IMG/VR virus record: IMGVR_UViG_3300028025_002044
Coordinates: 12,450 to 76,449 of that record
Reading direction: 5' to 3' (one strand)
Length of the DNA: 64,000 nt
From: a virus
Shown here one piece after another: positions 1 through 7,911 of the stretch (positions are counted from its first letter, which is position 1; each line of letters begins with the position of its first letter). The notes below the pieces were generated by a model that was not told the DNA's origin, made no database searches, and was given only the letters and a program-made list of their open reading frames with translations. Position numbers and translations under genes: made by a program.

Positions 1-2
1 TC

Positions 3-500
3 GCGGAACATACGTACGCCGTCAGTCTTGCGACGAACGCGCATGTCAAGCTTTCCCTGAAGAATTACTTCGCCATTGAATAGTGGCATAGTAATAATTT
101 CTTCGTTCGAAATCTTCTCTAGGTTAGAGTCGATACCTTCTTCGTCCATCCACTGTAGGTAGCCCTCCAGCATGATACGGCCAAGCTCGGCTTCCGCTTC
201 CAAATCAAATGTGTCTCGGTAGTCAGCAATTAGCTTGTCCATGTCACTCTTGACTAAAGCGGCGTGCGCCTCAAGAAGCCCAATCTCACCGTCAGACGAG
301 TAGTACTGGTCTAGTGCTTCGTGGATGCGTGAACCGAGTGCCAAAGCTCCGGTGTAGTCCTTTTGCTTAGGCTGTAGACGTCGGTAGTAGTTCAACCACC
401 ACTTACGTCGGCAATCCTTAAATACCTGAATCTCAGAGTTAGAAAGGATGTATGGAACTAGTGTTTCTACTGCTTCAACAGTTTCGTTTTTGTCGCTCAT
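3..500 (-). CDS. PD-(D/E)XK exonuclease (Cas4/RecB-like phage nuclease), 3' end runs off the window
   Basis: Not in the ORF track. Hand translation from ATG at 500: MSDKNETVEAVETLVPYILSNSEIQVFKDCRRKWWLNYYRRL...ALALGSRIHEALD...LQGKLDMRVRRKTDGVRMFR. The S-x-S...C-x-R-x-W, G-x-x-x-H-x-x-L and G-K-x-D motifs fit the PDDEXK_1 family. Confidence 0.8.
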   Translation of the reverse strand, partial: MSDKNETVEAVETLVPYILSNSEIQVFKDCRRKWWLNYYRRLQPKQKDYTGALALGSRIHEALDQYYSSDGEIGLLEAHAALVKSDMDKLIADYRDTFDLEAEAELGRIMLEGYLQWMDEEGIDSNLEKISNEEIITMPLFNGEVILQGKLDMRVRRKTDGVRMFR

Positions 501-502
501 GG

Positions 503-2311
503 CTACAGCTTACCTGCCTTGTCGTCTTTTAGCAAGGCCAATAATTTATCTTTGTCCTTAACAATCTGCTCAAAGTTTTCGCCTTTGCCCTCAAGAACTT
601 GGATAACTCGCTCTTCAATAGTTCCCTCAGTCACGTAGTCCATAACAATCACGGAGTCGTGAATCTCAGAACCAATACGGTGGATACGGTCAAGTGCCTG
701 CTTGTGGTCAACAAGTGACCACGGGCGCTGAAGCATAATCAATCGACGAGCCGCGGTAAGGGTAATACCCACACCACCAGCCTGCGCAGTAAACAGAATC
801 CATTTAATCTTTCCAGACTGGAAATCGTCAACAGCTTTCTGTCGCTCTTCTTCCGACTGAGCTCCGGTGATTAGACCGTGCTCAATTCCTTCTTTAGTAA
901 GCGAGGCACTTAGCAGGTTGATTAGCTGACGAGATACGGCACACACAGCGACTGAATCGTCGCCAAAGTCACCGCTCTTGATATCATCCATAACAGCGTC
1001 AACCTTACAAGATGGCTCTGACAAAATAGGACGGATTTCTCCAGTAGCTTCGTCAGTCACCATCTCAGCAAATGCGCTAGCAAACTGAGTCAAGCGAGTA
1101 GTCTGAGTCAGCACGCTAGATGCAATGACAGCCTCTCCACTTTCAAGCTCTGCAATCATGTTGTCGCGCATGTCCTTGTACGCCTTAGCCTGCTTTGTAG
1201 ACATTTCGATATCACGACGCTCGAATACCATGTCAGGTAGCCAAGGAAGCACGCGAGCCTTTAGCATACGGCGCATACGTGGATTGATTGATGCGTGGAA
1301 CTCTGCCTCCATGTGAGGCTTCACACCTAGAACCATCATGCCACCGAATGCATTAAGCATCGTGTCGACCATGCGGTCAATCCAGCGAGTTTTGCTAGGC
1401 CACTCTTCTGGCGATAGCCAGTGAAGAATAGGCCACATGTCCAAAACATCTCTTGCAATAGGAGTACCAGTGAGTGCAAATCTGTAGTCGGCATCTCCGG
1501 TAGCTGCCCACATAGCCCGGGTCTGCTTTGATTTAGGGTCCTTAGAGCGGTGAATCTCGTCGGCAATTACAGCCTTAAAGTCGATACGGTTTAGCTCACG
1601 CTCGTGGACCTCACAACGGTTTTCCGTTACTCGGTCGTCCATACCCTTACATGAGATGCATCGGGCTAGGGCGACTGAACCGTAAGGAGCTAGTCGAGAG
1701 TGAGAGCGTAGTGACTCCCAGTTAATTACGTATACGTCAGCTTCTTCATCGAACTGCTTACGGCGCTGAGTGGCAGTTCCGGTAATCACCTGAACCTTTA
1801 CTCCAGGCCACCACTTGCCAAACTCACGCTTCCAGTTTTTCTTCAGCGTGTTGGGGCAAATAACTAGAGCAGGAAATGGCTCTCCGCCGTCATCCTGAAT
1901 CTTCTTAAGGGCTCGGATAGCCTGAGCGGTCTTGCCCAAGCCAGGCTCGTCTGCCAAAAGGGCACGCTTTGCGGTAGATAGAAACTTTACGCCAGCACGC
2001 TGGTGAGGGAACAAATCTTCGTCCCCTTCGCCCTCTGGAAGCTCCTCTAAGTCCCTAAGAGCATTAGACGGGTCCACGCGCAGGGTACGCTCGTTAGCGG
2101 CCCAGGAGGCCAGCAGAGGGCCAATTACGAGGTCATTCTTAAAGGTAGACCTTAGGGCTAGACAGGTGCCCCAAGACACCGGAACTTTCCATAGCTGGGC
2201 CTTGCTGTCATAGGTAGATCCGGGCAAACTCTTGCATAGCTCTTTAAAGCGCCAATCAGCGGTTATAAAGATGTGTGTGCTCTGCTCATCAAGCTCAACA
2301 CTTACAGGCAT
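503..2311 (-). CDS. SNF2-family helicase/ATPase with N-terminal HARP-like segment
   Basis: LADEPGLGKT (Walker A), DEIH (Walker B), LTGTP, AGGVGITLT and QALDRIHRIG motifs; RBS AAGGAAGG upstream. Confidence 0.92.
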   Translation of the reverse strand: MPVSVELDEQSTHIFITADWRFKELCKSLPGSTYDSKAQLWKVPVSWGTCLALRSTFKNDLVIGPLLASWAANERTLRVDPSNALRDLEELPEGEGDEDLFPHQRAGVKFLSTAKRALLADEPGLGKTAQAIRALKKIQDDGGEPFPALVICPNTLKKNWKREFGKWWPGVKVQVITGTATQRRKQFDEEADVYVINWESLRSHSRLAPYGSVALARCISCKGMDDRVTENRCEVHERELNRIDFKAVIADEIHRSKDPKSKQTRAMWAATGDADYRFALTGTPIARDVLDMWPILHWLSPEEWPSKTRWIDRMVDTMLNAFGGMMVLGVKPHMEAEFHASINPRMRRMLKARVLPWLPDMVFERRDIEMSTKQAKAYKDMRDNMIAELESGEAVIASSVLTQTTRLTQFASAFAEMVTDEATGEIRPILSEPSCKVDAVMDDIKSGDFGDDSVAVCAVSRQLINLLSASLTKEGIEHGLITGAQSEEERQKAVDDFQSGKIKWILFTAQAGGVGITLTAARRLIMLQRPWSLVDHKQALDRIHRIGSEIHDSVIVMDYVTEGTIEERVIQVLEGKGENFEQIVKDKDKLLALLKDDKAGKL

Positions 2312-2337
2312 TACGCCTTCCTTTCGTCATTAGATAT

Positions 2338-2387
2338 AGATACTATCATACTTTTTAGATTTTTATTTAAATTTTTGGATAGTATCT
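2338..2387 (-). promoter_or_regulatory. AT-rich promoter region bracketed by a perfect 10-bp inverted repeat
   Basis: AGATACTATC (2338-2347) and GATAGTATCT (2378-2387) flank a 30-bp AT-rich spacer. A TATGAT -10-like hexamer lies on the minus strand upstream of the helicase RBS. Confidence 0.5.
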
Positions 2388-2388
2388 T

Positions 2389-2856
2389 TTAGCTTAGAAG
2401 CTTTTTTGGTACCCATCCAAGCCTGACTAACTTTAGCAGACCATGTCGTATTGCGTCAAGTGCGTGTCCTTCACCGCTCTTATGCCAATATCCTAGCTTC
2501 TTAAGCTTGGCGTTGTCAAACATTGCTTTTGCGTCTGCCGGAGACTGGAAATAGATATCATCCGGGCTCATGCCAATGTCCATCATAATCTGCTTAAGAA
2601 TGCCAATCTGCTCTAGCGAGTATGGGGCCTGAGTGTTGCGCACGGTTTGGGCATTGATAGTGAATCGCTCGCAAGCAATTAGAATCTCAGAGCCACCCAT
2701 AATAGCTGAAGCAATAGCCTCTCTAATCGGAGTTGCATACTGATGCTGTAGATATTCTCCAGACGCTACCAACTCGGGTTCAGAGCCAGGCTCGTATGAG
2801 AATACGGCAAGGCCACTAGCCTTACCAGGGTCAACTGCAATAATTACTTTAGTCAT
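2389..2856 (-). CDS. RuvC-like Holliday junction resolvase (RNase H fold)
   Basis: IIAVDPGKASGLA N-terminal motif, ACERF and C-terminal HALDAIRH. Start moved to ATG 2856, which overlaps the polymerase stop. Confidence 0.8.
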   Translation of the reverse strand: MTKVIIAVDPGKASGLAVFSYEPGSEPELVASGEYLQHQYATPIREAIASAIMGGSEILIACERFTINAQTVRNTQAPYSLEQIGILKQIMMDIGMSPDDIYFQSPADAKAMFDNAKLKKLGYWHKSGEGHALDAIRHGLLKLVRLGWVPKKLLS

Positions 2857-4681
2857 TGTACTTTTCTCCCCAGCGTGCAAATGGACCGTCTACACCGGCA
2901 GTTAGGGGAACTTGCCAGTCATCACGGGTGGTCATACATTCTTGTACAATATTTTTTATTTCATCAATATTATTCTTAGGTGCGTTTAGAACAATTTCGT
3001 CATGTACAGGAACAATCAATAGCTCGGTAAGGTCCGCCTTGTCAAGCTTTACTAAGTTAGCCTTAAATACTTCTGCAGCACTTGCCTGAACCAAATAGTT
3101 AGTCAATGAGTAGACACGGTTATCGTCACACGGTAGGCGACGTCCAGTACGAGTCATGACATAGCCTATACCCTCGCTACGCAATCTACGCGTACCAGTG
3201 TCTTCAATCATTTGTTGCATCTTTTTAACACCAGGGTAGCTCCTATCAAAAGCGTCAACAACAGTCTTCATCTGAGCATCAGATACTCCCGCTGTCAGTG
3301 CCATCTTAGATACTCCAGCTCCGTAAAGCTTTCCGTAGACTACACCCTTAATGAGCTTACGTCTACTGTCTGACTTTTCAGCCGTAGGGTCTTGATAGAC
3401 CTCTTTCATAATTTCAGTAAACACGTCGCCACCCGTACGGTCAGACTCATTAAATAGATTCATGAGGTCCTGGTCCTGGCTAAAGTTAGCGGTAAGACGG
3501 AACTCAACCTGGTCGAGGTCGCTAGAAATAATGACGTGGTCTTCGTCCTTAGGGATAAACGCATTACGCACCGTAGCGTCGCCTGACGGCAGAGTCTGAA
3601 GCGCAGGGTCTGTGATAGACATACGACCCGTGCGGGCACCAAGAGTTCGGACAGACGGATGCATGATGCCATCAATGTTTCCGTCTAAAAAGTTCTTGAA
3701 GTACGTGTTGGCTAGCTTGTCAGCCTTACGCTGGTTTAGTACCGCCTTAGCAAGGTTTTGAACTTCAGGAGACCCGTCACGGGCTAGAACCTTAAGCTGG
3801 TCTTTAGACGCAGACTTCTGGCCCGATGGAGTGACTTCTGTAATGTCTGCGCCCATGCCCTCAAACTGACGCACCAACTGAATGTTGCTAGTGATAGACA
3901 TTCCGTAGGTATCTTTACCCCACTGCTTAACGCTCTCGCCATACTGATTCAGTTCGTCAAACTTACGCTGAGAGTACTCAAGGTCTACGCGAGCACCATT
4001 GATTTCCATGCGAGTAACAATTTTACGAGCGGCCATCTCTAACTCGTAAGCGATACAGTATGGCCCCGAAGGTCCACACTTCTCCCAAAACTGCTCCCAC
4101 AAACGCATCGTAAGAACCGTGTCCAGCGCACCATAAGACCAGTAGGGCTGGAATGTAACCGGGACTGTGCCCCAAGTCCAGCCATTCTCTTTCATGGACT
4201 GGTCCAGGTGTGTCTGCAATGCAGCGGCCATAGGGTCCACATACTGAGACGTCAAAGTTTTTAGTGCACCAGAACCAAGCGGGTCAATAATCTGAGCCAT
4301 AATCATGGTGTCGTGAGCACGGTGCCACGGCATACTCCAGCGAGACTGAACGTCGAACCATCGGGCTTCAAAGGCAATGTTGTGGCAAACAATAGGACCA
4401 TCAAACTTATCCATTGCTTCATAGAAGACACCACCCCACTCGTCCCAGGGGATTGCCCAGCCAGTCATACCGTCGCCAACCTGGACTAAACGAATTCGGC
4501 CGTGCCAAGGAGACAGAGCATCCTTGTGCGGACGCCCGTCAAGTTCTCCAGTTTCGATATCTATGGCAATTGCATTGTGCGGACGTCGCGCCCCAAGCCA
4601 GTTTATAAACTCCTGAGCCTTTTCAGCTGAATCTACAAGATGTAGTTGTACATCAGATAGTCCACCGCTCATATTCATCAT
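2849..4681 (-). CDS. polA: DNA polymerase family A (3'-5' exonuclease + polymerase, no 5'-3' exonuclease)
   Basis: ExoI AIDIET, CHNIAFE, YGALD; TGRMS; motif A DLDQVEFR; motif B RKLIKGVVYGKLYG; motif C VHDEI. Confidence 0.96.
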   Translation of the reverse strand: MMNMSGGLSDVQLHLVDSAEKAQEFINWLGARRPHNAIAIDIETGELDGRPHKDALSPWHGRIRLVQVGDGMTGWAIPWDEWGGVFYEAMDKFDGPIVCHNIAFEARWFDVQSRWSMPWHRAHDTMIMAQIIDPLGSGALKTLTSQYVDPMAAALQTHLDQSMKENGWTWGTVPVTFQPYWSYGALDTVLTMRLWEQFWEKCGPSGPYCIAYELEMAARKIVTRMEINGARVDLEYSQRKFDELNQYGESVKQWGKDTYGMSITSNIQLVRQFEGMGADITEVTPSGQKSASKDQLKVLARDGSPEVQNLAKAVLNQRKADKLANTYFKNFLDGNIDGIMHPSVRTLGARTGRMSITDPALQTLPSGDATVRNAFIPKDEDHVIISSDLDQVEFRLTANFSQDQDLMNLFNESDRTGGDVFTEIMKEVYQDPTAEKSDSRRKLIKGVVYGKLYGAGVSKMALTAGVSDAQMKTVVDAFDRSYPGVKKMQQMIEDTGTRRLRSEGIGYVMTRTGRRLPCDDNRVYSLTNYLVQASAAEVFKANLVKLDKADLTELLIVPVHDEIVLNAPKNNIDEIKNIVQECMTTRDDWQVPLTAGVDGPFARWGEKYND

Positions 4682-4753
4682 CCTTAATCGTCATTTACGT
4701 CAGGGTACCTATGGTAGTACTAATTTCTGATTAGCGCAACTACTTAGCCTAAA

Positions 4754-5008
4754 TTAAAAAAGTTCTCCGTCAACGTCGCCCTCGTCTAGGTCATCATCGT
4801 CGAACGTAGCACCATATTTATAGGTCGGACCAACGTACACAGTATTCACAAGAAGCTGAGAGACCATAAACAACGCTTGGTTCTCTGTGAAGCCAGAGTC
4901 TATTAGCTCGTTGTATATCTCATTAATCTGTATGGCAGTCTCTTTTAGAGAGGACAGGCCCTCGACAACCGGAGTTGGTGGTGGCGGTGTTGCTTCCGGT
5001 TCTTCCAT
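4754..5008 (-). CDS. hypothetical protein with acidic C-terminus
   Basis: 84-aa ORF in operon orientation with RBS AAAGG; ends DDDDLDEGDVDGELF. Confidence 0.7.
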   Translation of the reverse strand: MEEPEATPPPPTPVVEGLSSLKETAIQINEIYNELIDSGFTENQALFMVSQLLVNTVYVGPTYKYGATFDDDDLDEGDVDGELF

Positions 5009-5017
5009 GATACCTTT

Positions 5018-5488
5018 CTACGGTATTACTTCAAATTTGAATACCTGATCTATTTTAACGTCATTAGCGGCAGATGTCTCTAGCAGCCTTTGAGCAACGT
5101 TCGTAAGATACCTAGCACCGCTACTGTCGTATTTATAGAGAGCATCTAGGACAGCGTTAGGTTCTTCACTAACCTGCGCCCAGTAGCGATGCTTCTCTGG
5201 AAATACTAATTCGGTGCTCTCATCTGGAGAACATTCCTCACATGTTAGAGCATCTTTGGCCAGTTGTCCATAGGGAACTTCTTGTAATCCATATCTTTTT
5301 ACCAGTGGACAAGCTGCGCCATGATAGACCAATGATACGCCAACACGCGACAAAATGTAAGAGCCACTGTCGGTACGGTAAAGTTCAAACTCAATCCAAC
5401 GCGTAGAACCTTTACGCCAAGACGTAGATTTACCTAACAGCGAGCCGTTAAATTGTAGGGTTCTTGACCCGTCCTTGACTTCGTACAT
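5018..5488 (-). CDS. hypothetical phage protein, possible Zn-binding (H-x3-C...CxxC)
   Basis: 156-aa ORF with RWIEFELYRT, YHGAAC and CEEC; its start overlaps the upstream stop (TAATG). Confidence 0.75.
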   Translation of the reverse strand: MYEVKDGSRTLQFNGSLLGKSTSWRKGSTRWIEFELYRTDSGSYILSRVGVSLVYHGAACPLVKRYGLQEVPYGQLAKDALTCEECSPDESTELVFPEKHRYWAQVSEEPNAVLDALYKYDSSGARYLTNVAQRLLETSAANDVKIDQVFKFEVIP

Positions 5489-5652
5489 TATTCTTTTTCT
5501 GCTTTCAAGTTGTCTAACTCTCTAGACAGAGCAGCATTTTTTCTTTTTTCGAGGCTAAGCATTGCTTCAAGCTCGGCGCACAGGCTCATGGATCTAGAGA
5601 GTTGCTCTCTAGTTACAGCTAAAATCGTGTTTAGTAGTTCATTGTCTTTCAT
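5488..5652 (-). CDS. small coiled-coil protein (54 aa)
   Basis: Hand translation MKDNELLNTILAVTREQLSRSMSLCAELEAMLSLEKRKNAALSRELDNLKAEKE*; RBS AAGGA; stop overlaps the next start. Confidence 0.7.
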   Translation of the reverse strand: MKDNELLNTILAVTREQLSRSMSLCAELEAMLSLEKRKNAALSRELDNLKAEKE

Positions 5653-5668
5653 TCGTCATCCTTCTTTA

Positions 5669-5690
5669 TATCTATTGTACTAAGTATTTT
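5669..5690 (-). promoter_or_regulatory. putative promoter -10 element (TAGTACAATAGA) for the replication module
   Basis: TACAAT hexamer in an AT-rich gap just upstream of the RBS of the 5652 gene. Confidence 0.45.
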
Positions 5691-5696
5691 TAGGTG

Positions 5697-5792
5697 CTAT
5701 TTGGACAGGACGTAGGCTTTTGCCGCTGCTTTAGAAGGGAATTGACCTTCTACTTTATTAGTAATTCGATTGATAACTATGTAGATAGTCAT
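5697..5792 (-). CDS. small hypothetical protein (31 aa)
   Basis: Hand translation MTIYIVINRITNKVEGQFPSKAAAKAYVLSK*; fills the gap and is preceded by GAAAG. Confidence 0.4.
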   Translation of the reverse strand: MTIYIVINRITNKVEGQFPSKAAAKAYVLSK

Positions 5793-5830
5793 GCTTTCTT
5801 CGCTACTAAATTGCTGTAATATCTTGTACA

Positions 5831-7909
5831 TTATGTCCAGTTTCCTTGTCCATCAGAAGTCTTGGGCGTAATAGCCACCCAGCTACTACCATTATAAACC
5901 TTTACAGCAGTAACGTTATTGTCCCAAGTGCCATTTAGGAATACCTTGGTCTTATTGGAGATAGGGGTTGGCGCAGGAGGGGGAGACGGATTGCTCATTA
6001 CTAGGAAGAAAACGTCGCTTCCGGCTACAGGAGCTCCAGACCTTTTAAATCCTTCAACGTAAAGCGATAGGGTGTAAGTTGCACCAGGGGTAAGACCAGT
6101 GACAACCTCGGACCCACTCAAATTGCCTGACGATATAATATTGTCTGTAGAAGATACTTCAGCATACAGATTATATAAAGTCGCTCCGTTAATGACGGTG
6201 CTCCAATTTATAGTGGCCTCTGTACCGGCTGGATTTGAAATTGCAGAAATGCTTGGAACAATAACTGAAACGTTTGCATTGGTAGCAAGAGTTGTAGCCG
6301 ATGTAGTGACGGTAGACGAGGTGTTAGGAGATGTAGTCTTTGCATTTTGAGCATACAAACTATATGTGTAGCTAGTGTTCGCAGACAGCCCAGTCACAGT
6401 TGCATAATTATTGATGGTAGGAGAGTATGAAATTGTGCCAGGTCCGGATATATAATAATTTACTGGTGGATATCCGCCGGCATCAGATGCAGACCAAGAG
6501 AGTGCTAAGGATGAAGTGCTTAGAGCTCTAGCACTAAAATCTAGAGGAGTCGTAGGAGCACCGGCTGCAGTACCACTGAGGGTTAGAGTAACCTCATCTG
6601 AACCAAAAATTCCATTGCCGTTGTAAGTACCATAAACGTCTATTCGCCAAGTATATGTAGCGCCAGGAGATAGATTATATACGCCGGCGGAGCCGCTCAA
6701 GCCATTAGCATTTAAGTTTGGGCCGTACACTTCGGCAAAAGCAATAGATATGCCAGAGCTTACGACGGTACTCCATGAAATATCAACGGCATTTCCGATA
6801 ATTGTACTTTCAACAGCAGTAATTGTTGGCACAATAGTTTTAATTTCGGCAGCTGTAGTGAAACTAGTGCTTACAGTGGCGGACTCATTGCCATTTAAGG
6901 TAGCGTATATGCCATAAAAATATTCAGTAGACGGAGACAAATTAGTTATATTGGCGTAATTATTTCCAGGAGTGTACGATATGTCTCCCCCGCTACCGTA
7001 GACGGTATAAGAAACTCCAGGAGTAGTAGACGGTGTCCACGTAAGTCTAGCGGAGGTGTCTGTTAAGTAGGCCGGGTCCGATTGAAAATTAGTTGGAGCC
7101 GCTATTGCGGGGGTGGACGCGGTCCCTGTGTAGGTTACTTCAGCTTTGTTATTAGCTAAAACTAAAGTGTAAGTGTAGGCAGTACCCGGAGACAACACAG
7201 AGTCGGTGTTATAATTAAATTCTTCTCCAACTCCGGCAGGAAAAGACCCGGTAGCTATCGAGCTTGGGACCCCGGTGCCGGAGAGCGTGTAGTACGTCCT
7301 CCCCACATAGGTTCCGGAGCCCGCAAACACGCCGTAGTAAAGATTTAAACTGGTAAGAGAGTTTGCAACCTGACTTACAGATATAAATCCAGACGGGTTG
7401 GTCCCGGTACCAGGGTTGCCATCTAAATCGTAGTCGCTAGCAGAAACAGTTCCACCATTATTAGATGCAGTTACAGTAAATAAATACCTAAAATTCGAAG
7501 GCGTGACTGCCGCAGAAATAGTCACACTTCCAGTGGAAGACCCAGCAGACAGCGAACCGCTAGCAATTGTAGAGCCTCCATCCCTGGCAACCGACCAAGA
7601 AGTAGTGCCTCCATCAGACGAAGCAGTCACACTGTAAGTAACAGACACTGCATACGGTGTAGACCTAGTAGCGGTTATAGATACGGTGGGCGGAGACACG
7701 GGGGGCGTGTACTGATAAAAAGTTACCGTAACTACAGTGCCCAACGGTTGAGATGTTCCTGCCCCCGGGCTTTGAGACTTAGCGGTGCCGTCGTTTCCGG
7801 CAGTAGCTCCTACTCCAGTATAAGCAGCAGAAAAACCAAAACCGTTATTGTCTAGTATTTCTGCAGCACTAGCAACGGTTTCGCCAATTACACTCGGGAC
7901 GAAAGCCAT
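5831..7909 (-). CDS. tail-associated adhesin: N-terminal PASTA domain + fibronectin type III repeats
   Basis: VPSVIGETVASAAEIL...SQSPGAGTSQPLGTVVTVT is PASTA-like. Repeated L-x-W...NLSP-x-T-x-Y FN3 signatures follow. It is the last gene of the tail cluster. Confidence 0.75.
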   Translation of the reverse strand: MAFVPSVIGETVASAAEILDNNGFGFSAAYTGVGATAGNDGTAKSQSPGAGTSQPLGTVVTVTFYQYTPPVSPPTVSITATRSTPYAVSVTYSVTASSDGGTTSWSVARDGGSTIASGSLSAGSSTGSVTISAAVTPSNFRYLFTVTASNNGGTVSASDYDLDGNPGTGTNPSGFISVSQVANSLTSLNLYYGVFAGSGTYVGRTYYTLSGTGVPSSIATGSFPAGVGEEFNYNTDSVLSPGTAYTYTLVLANNKAEVTYTGTASTPAIAAPTNFQSDPAYLTDTSARLTWTPSTTPGVSYTVYGSGGDISYTPGNNYANITNLSPSTEYFYGIYATLNGNESATVSTSFTTAAEIKTIVPTITAVESTIIGNAVDISWSTVVSSGISIAFAEVYGPNLNANGLSGSAGVYNLSPGATYTWRIDVYGTYNGNGIFGSDEVTLTLSGTAAGAPTTPLDFSARALSTSSLALSWSASDAGGYPPVNYYISGPGTISYSPTINNYATVTGLSANTSYTYSLYAQNAKTTSPNTSSTVTTSATTLATNANVSVIVPSISAISNPAGTEATINWSTVINGATLYNLYAEVSSTDNIISSGNLSGSEVVTGLTPGATYTLSLYVEGFKRSGAPVAGSDVFFLVMSNPSPPPAPTPISNKTKVFLNGTWDNNVTAVKVYNGSSWVAITPKTSDGQGNWT

Positions 7910-7911
7910 GA

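Noticed and set aside
3-500. Cas4-like nuclease as a sign of a CRISPR-Cas system
   Set aside because: No repeat-spacer array or other cas genes seen; stand-alone PD-(D/E)XK nucleases are routine in phage replication modules.
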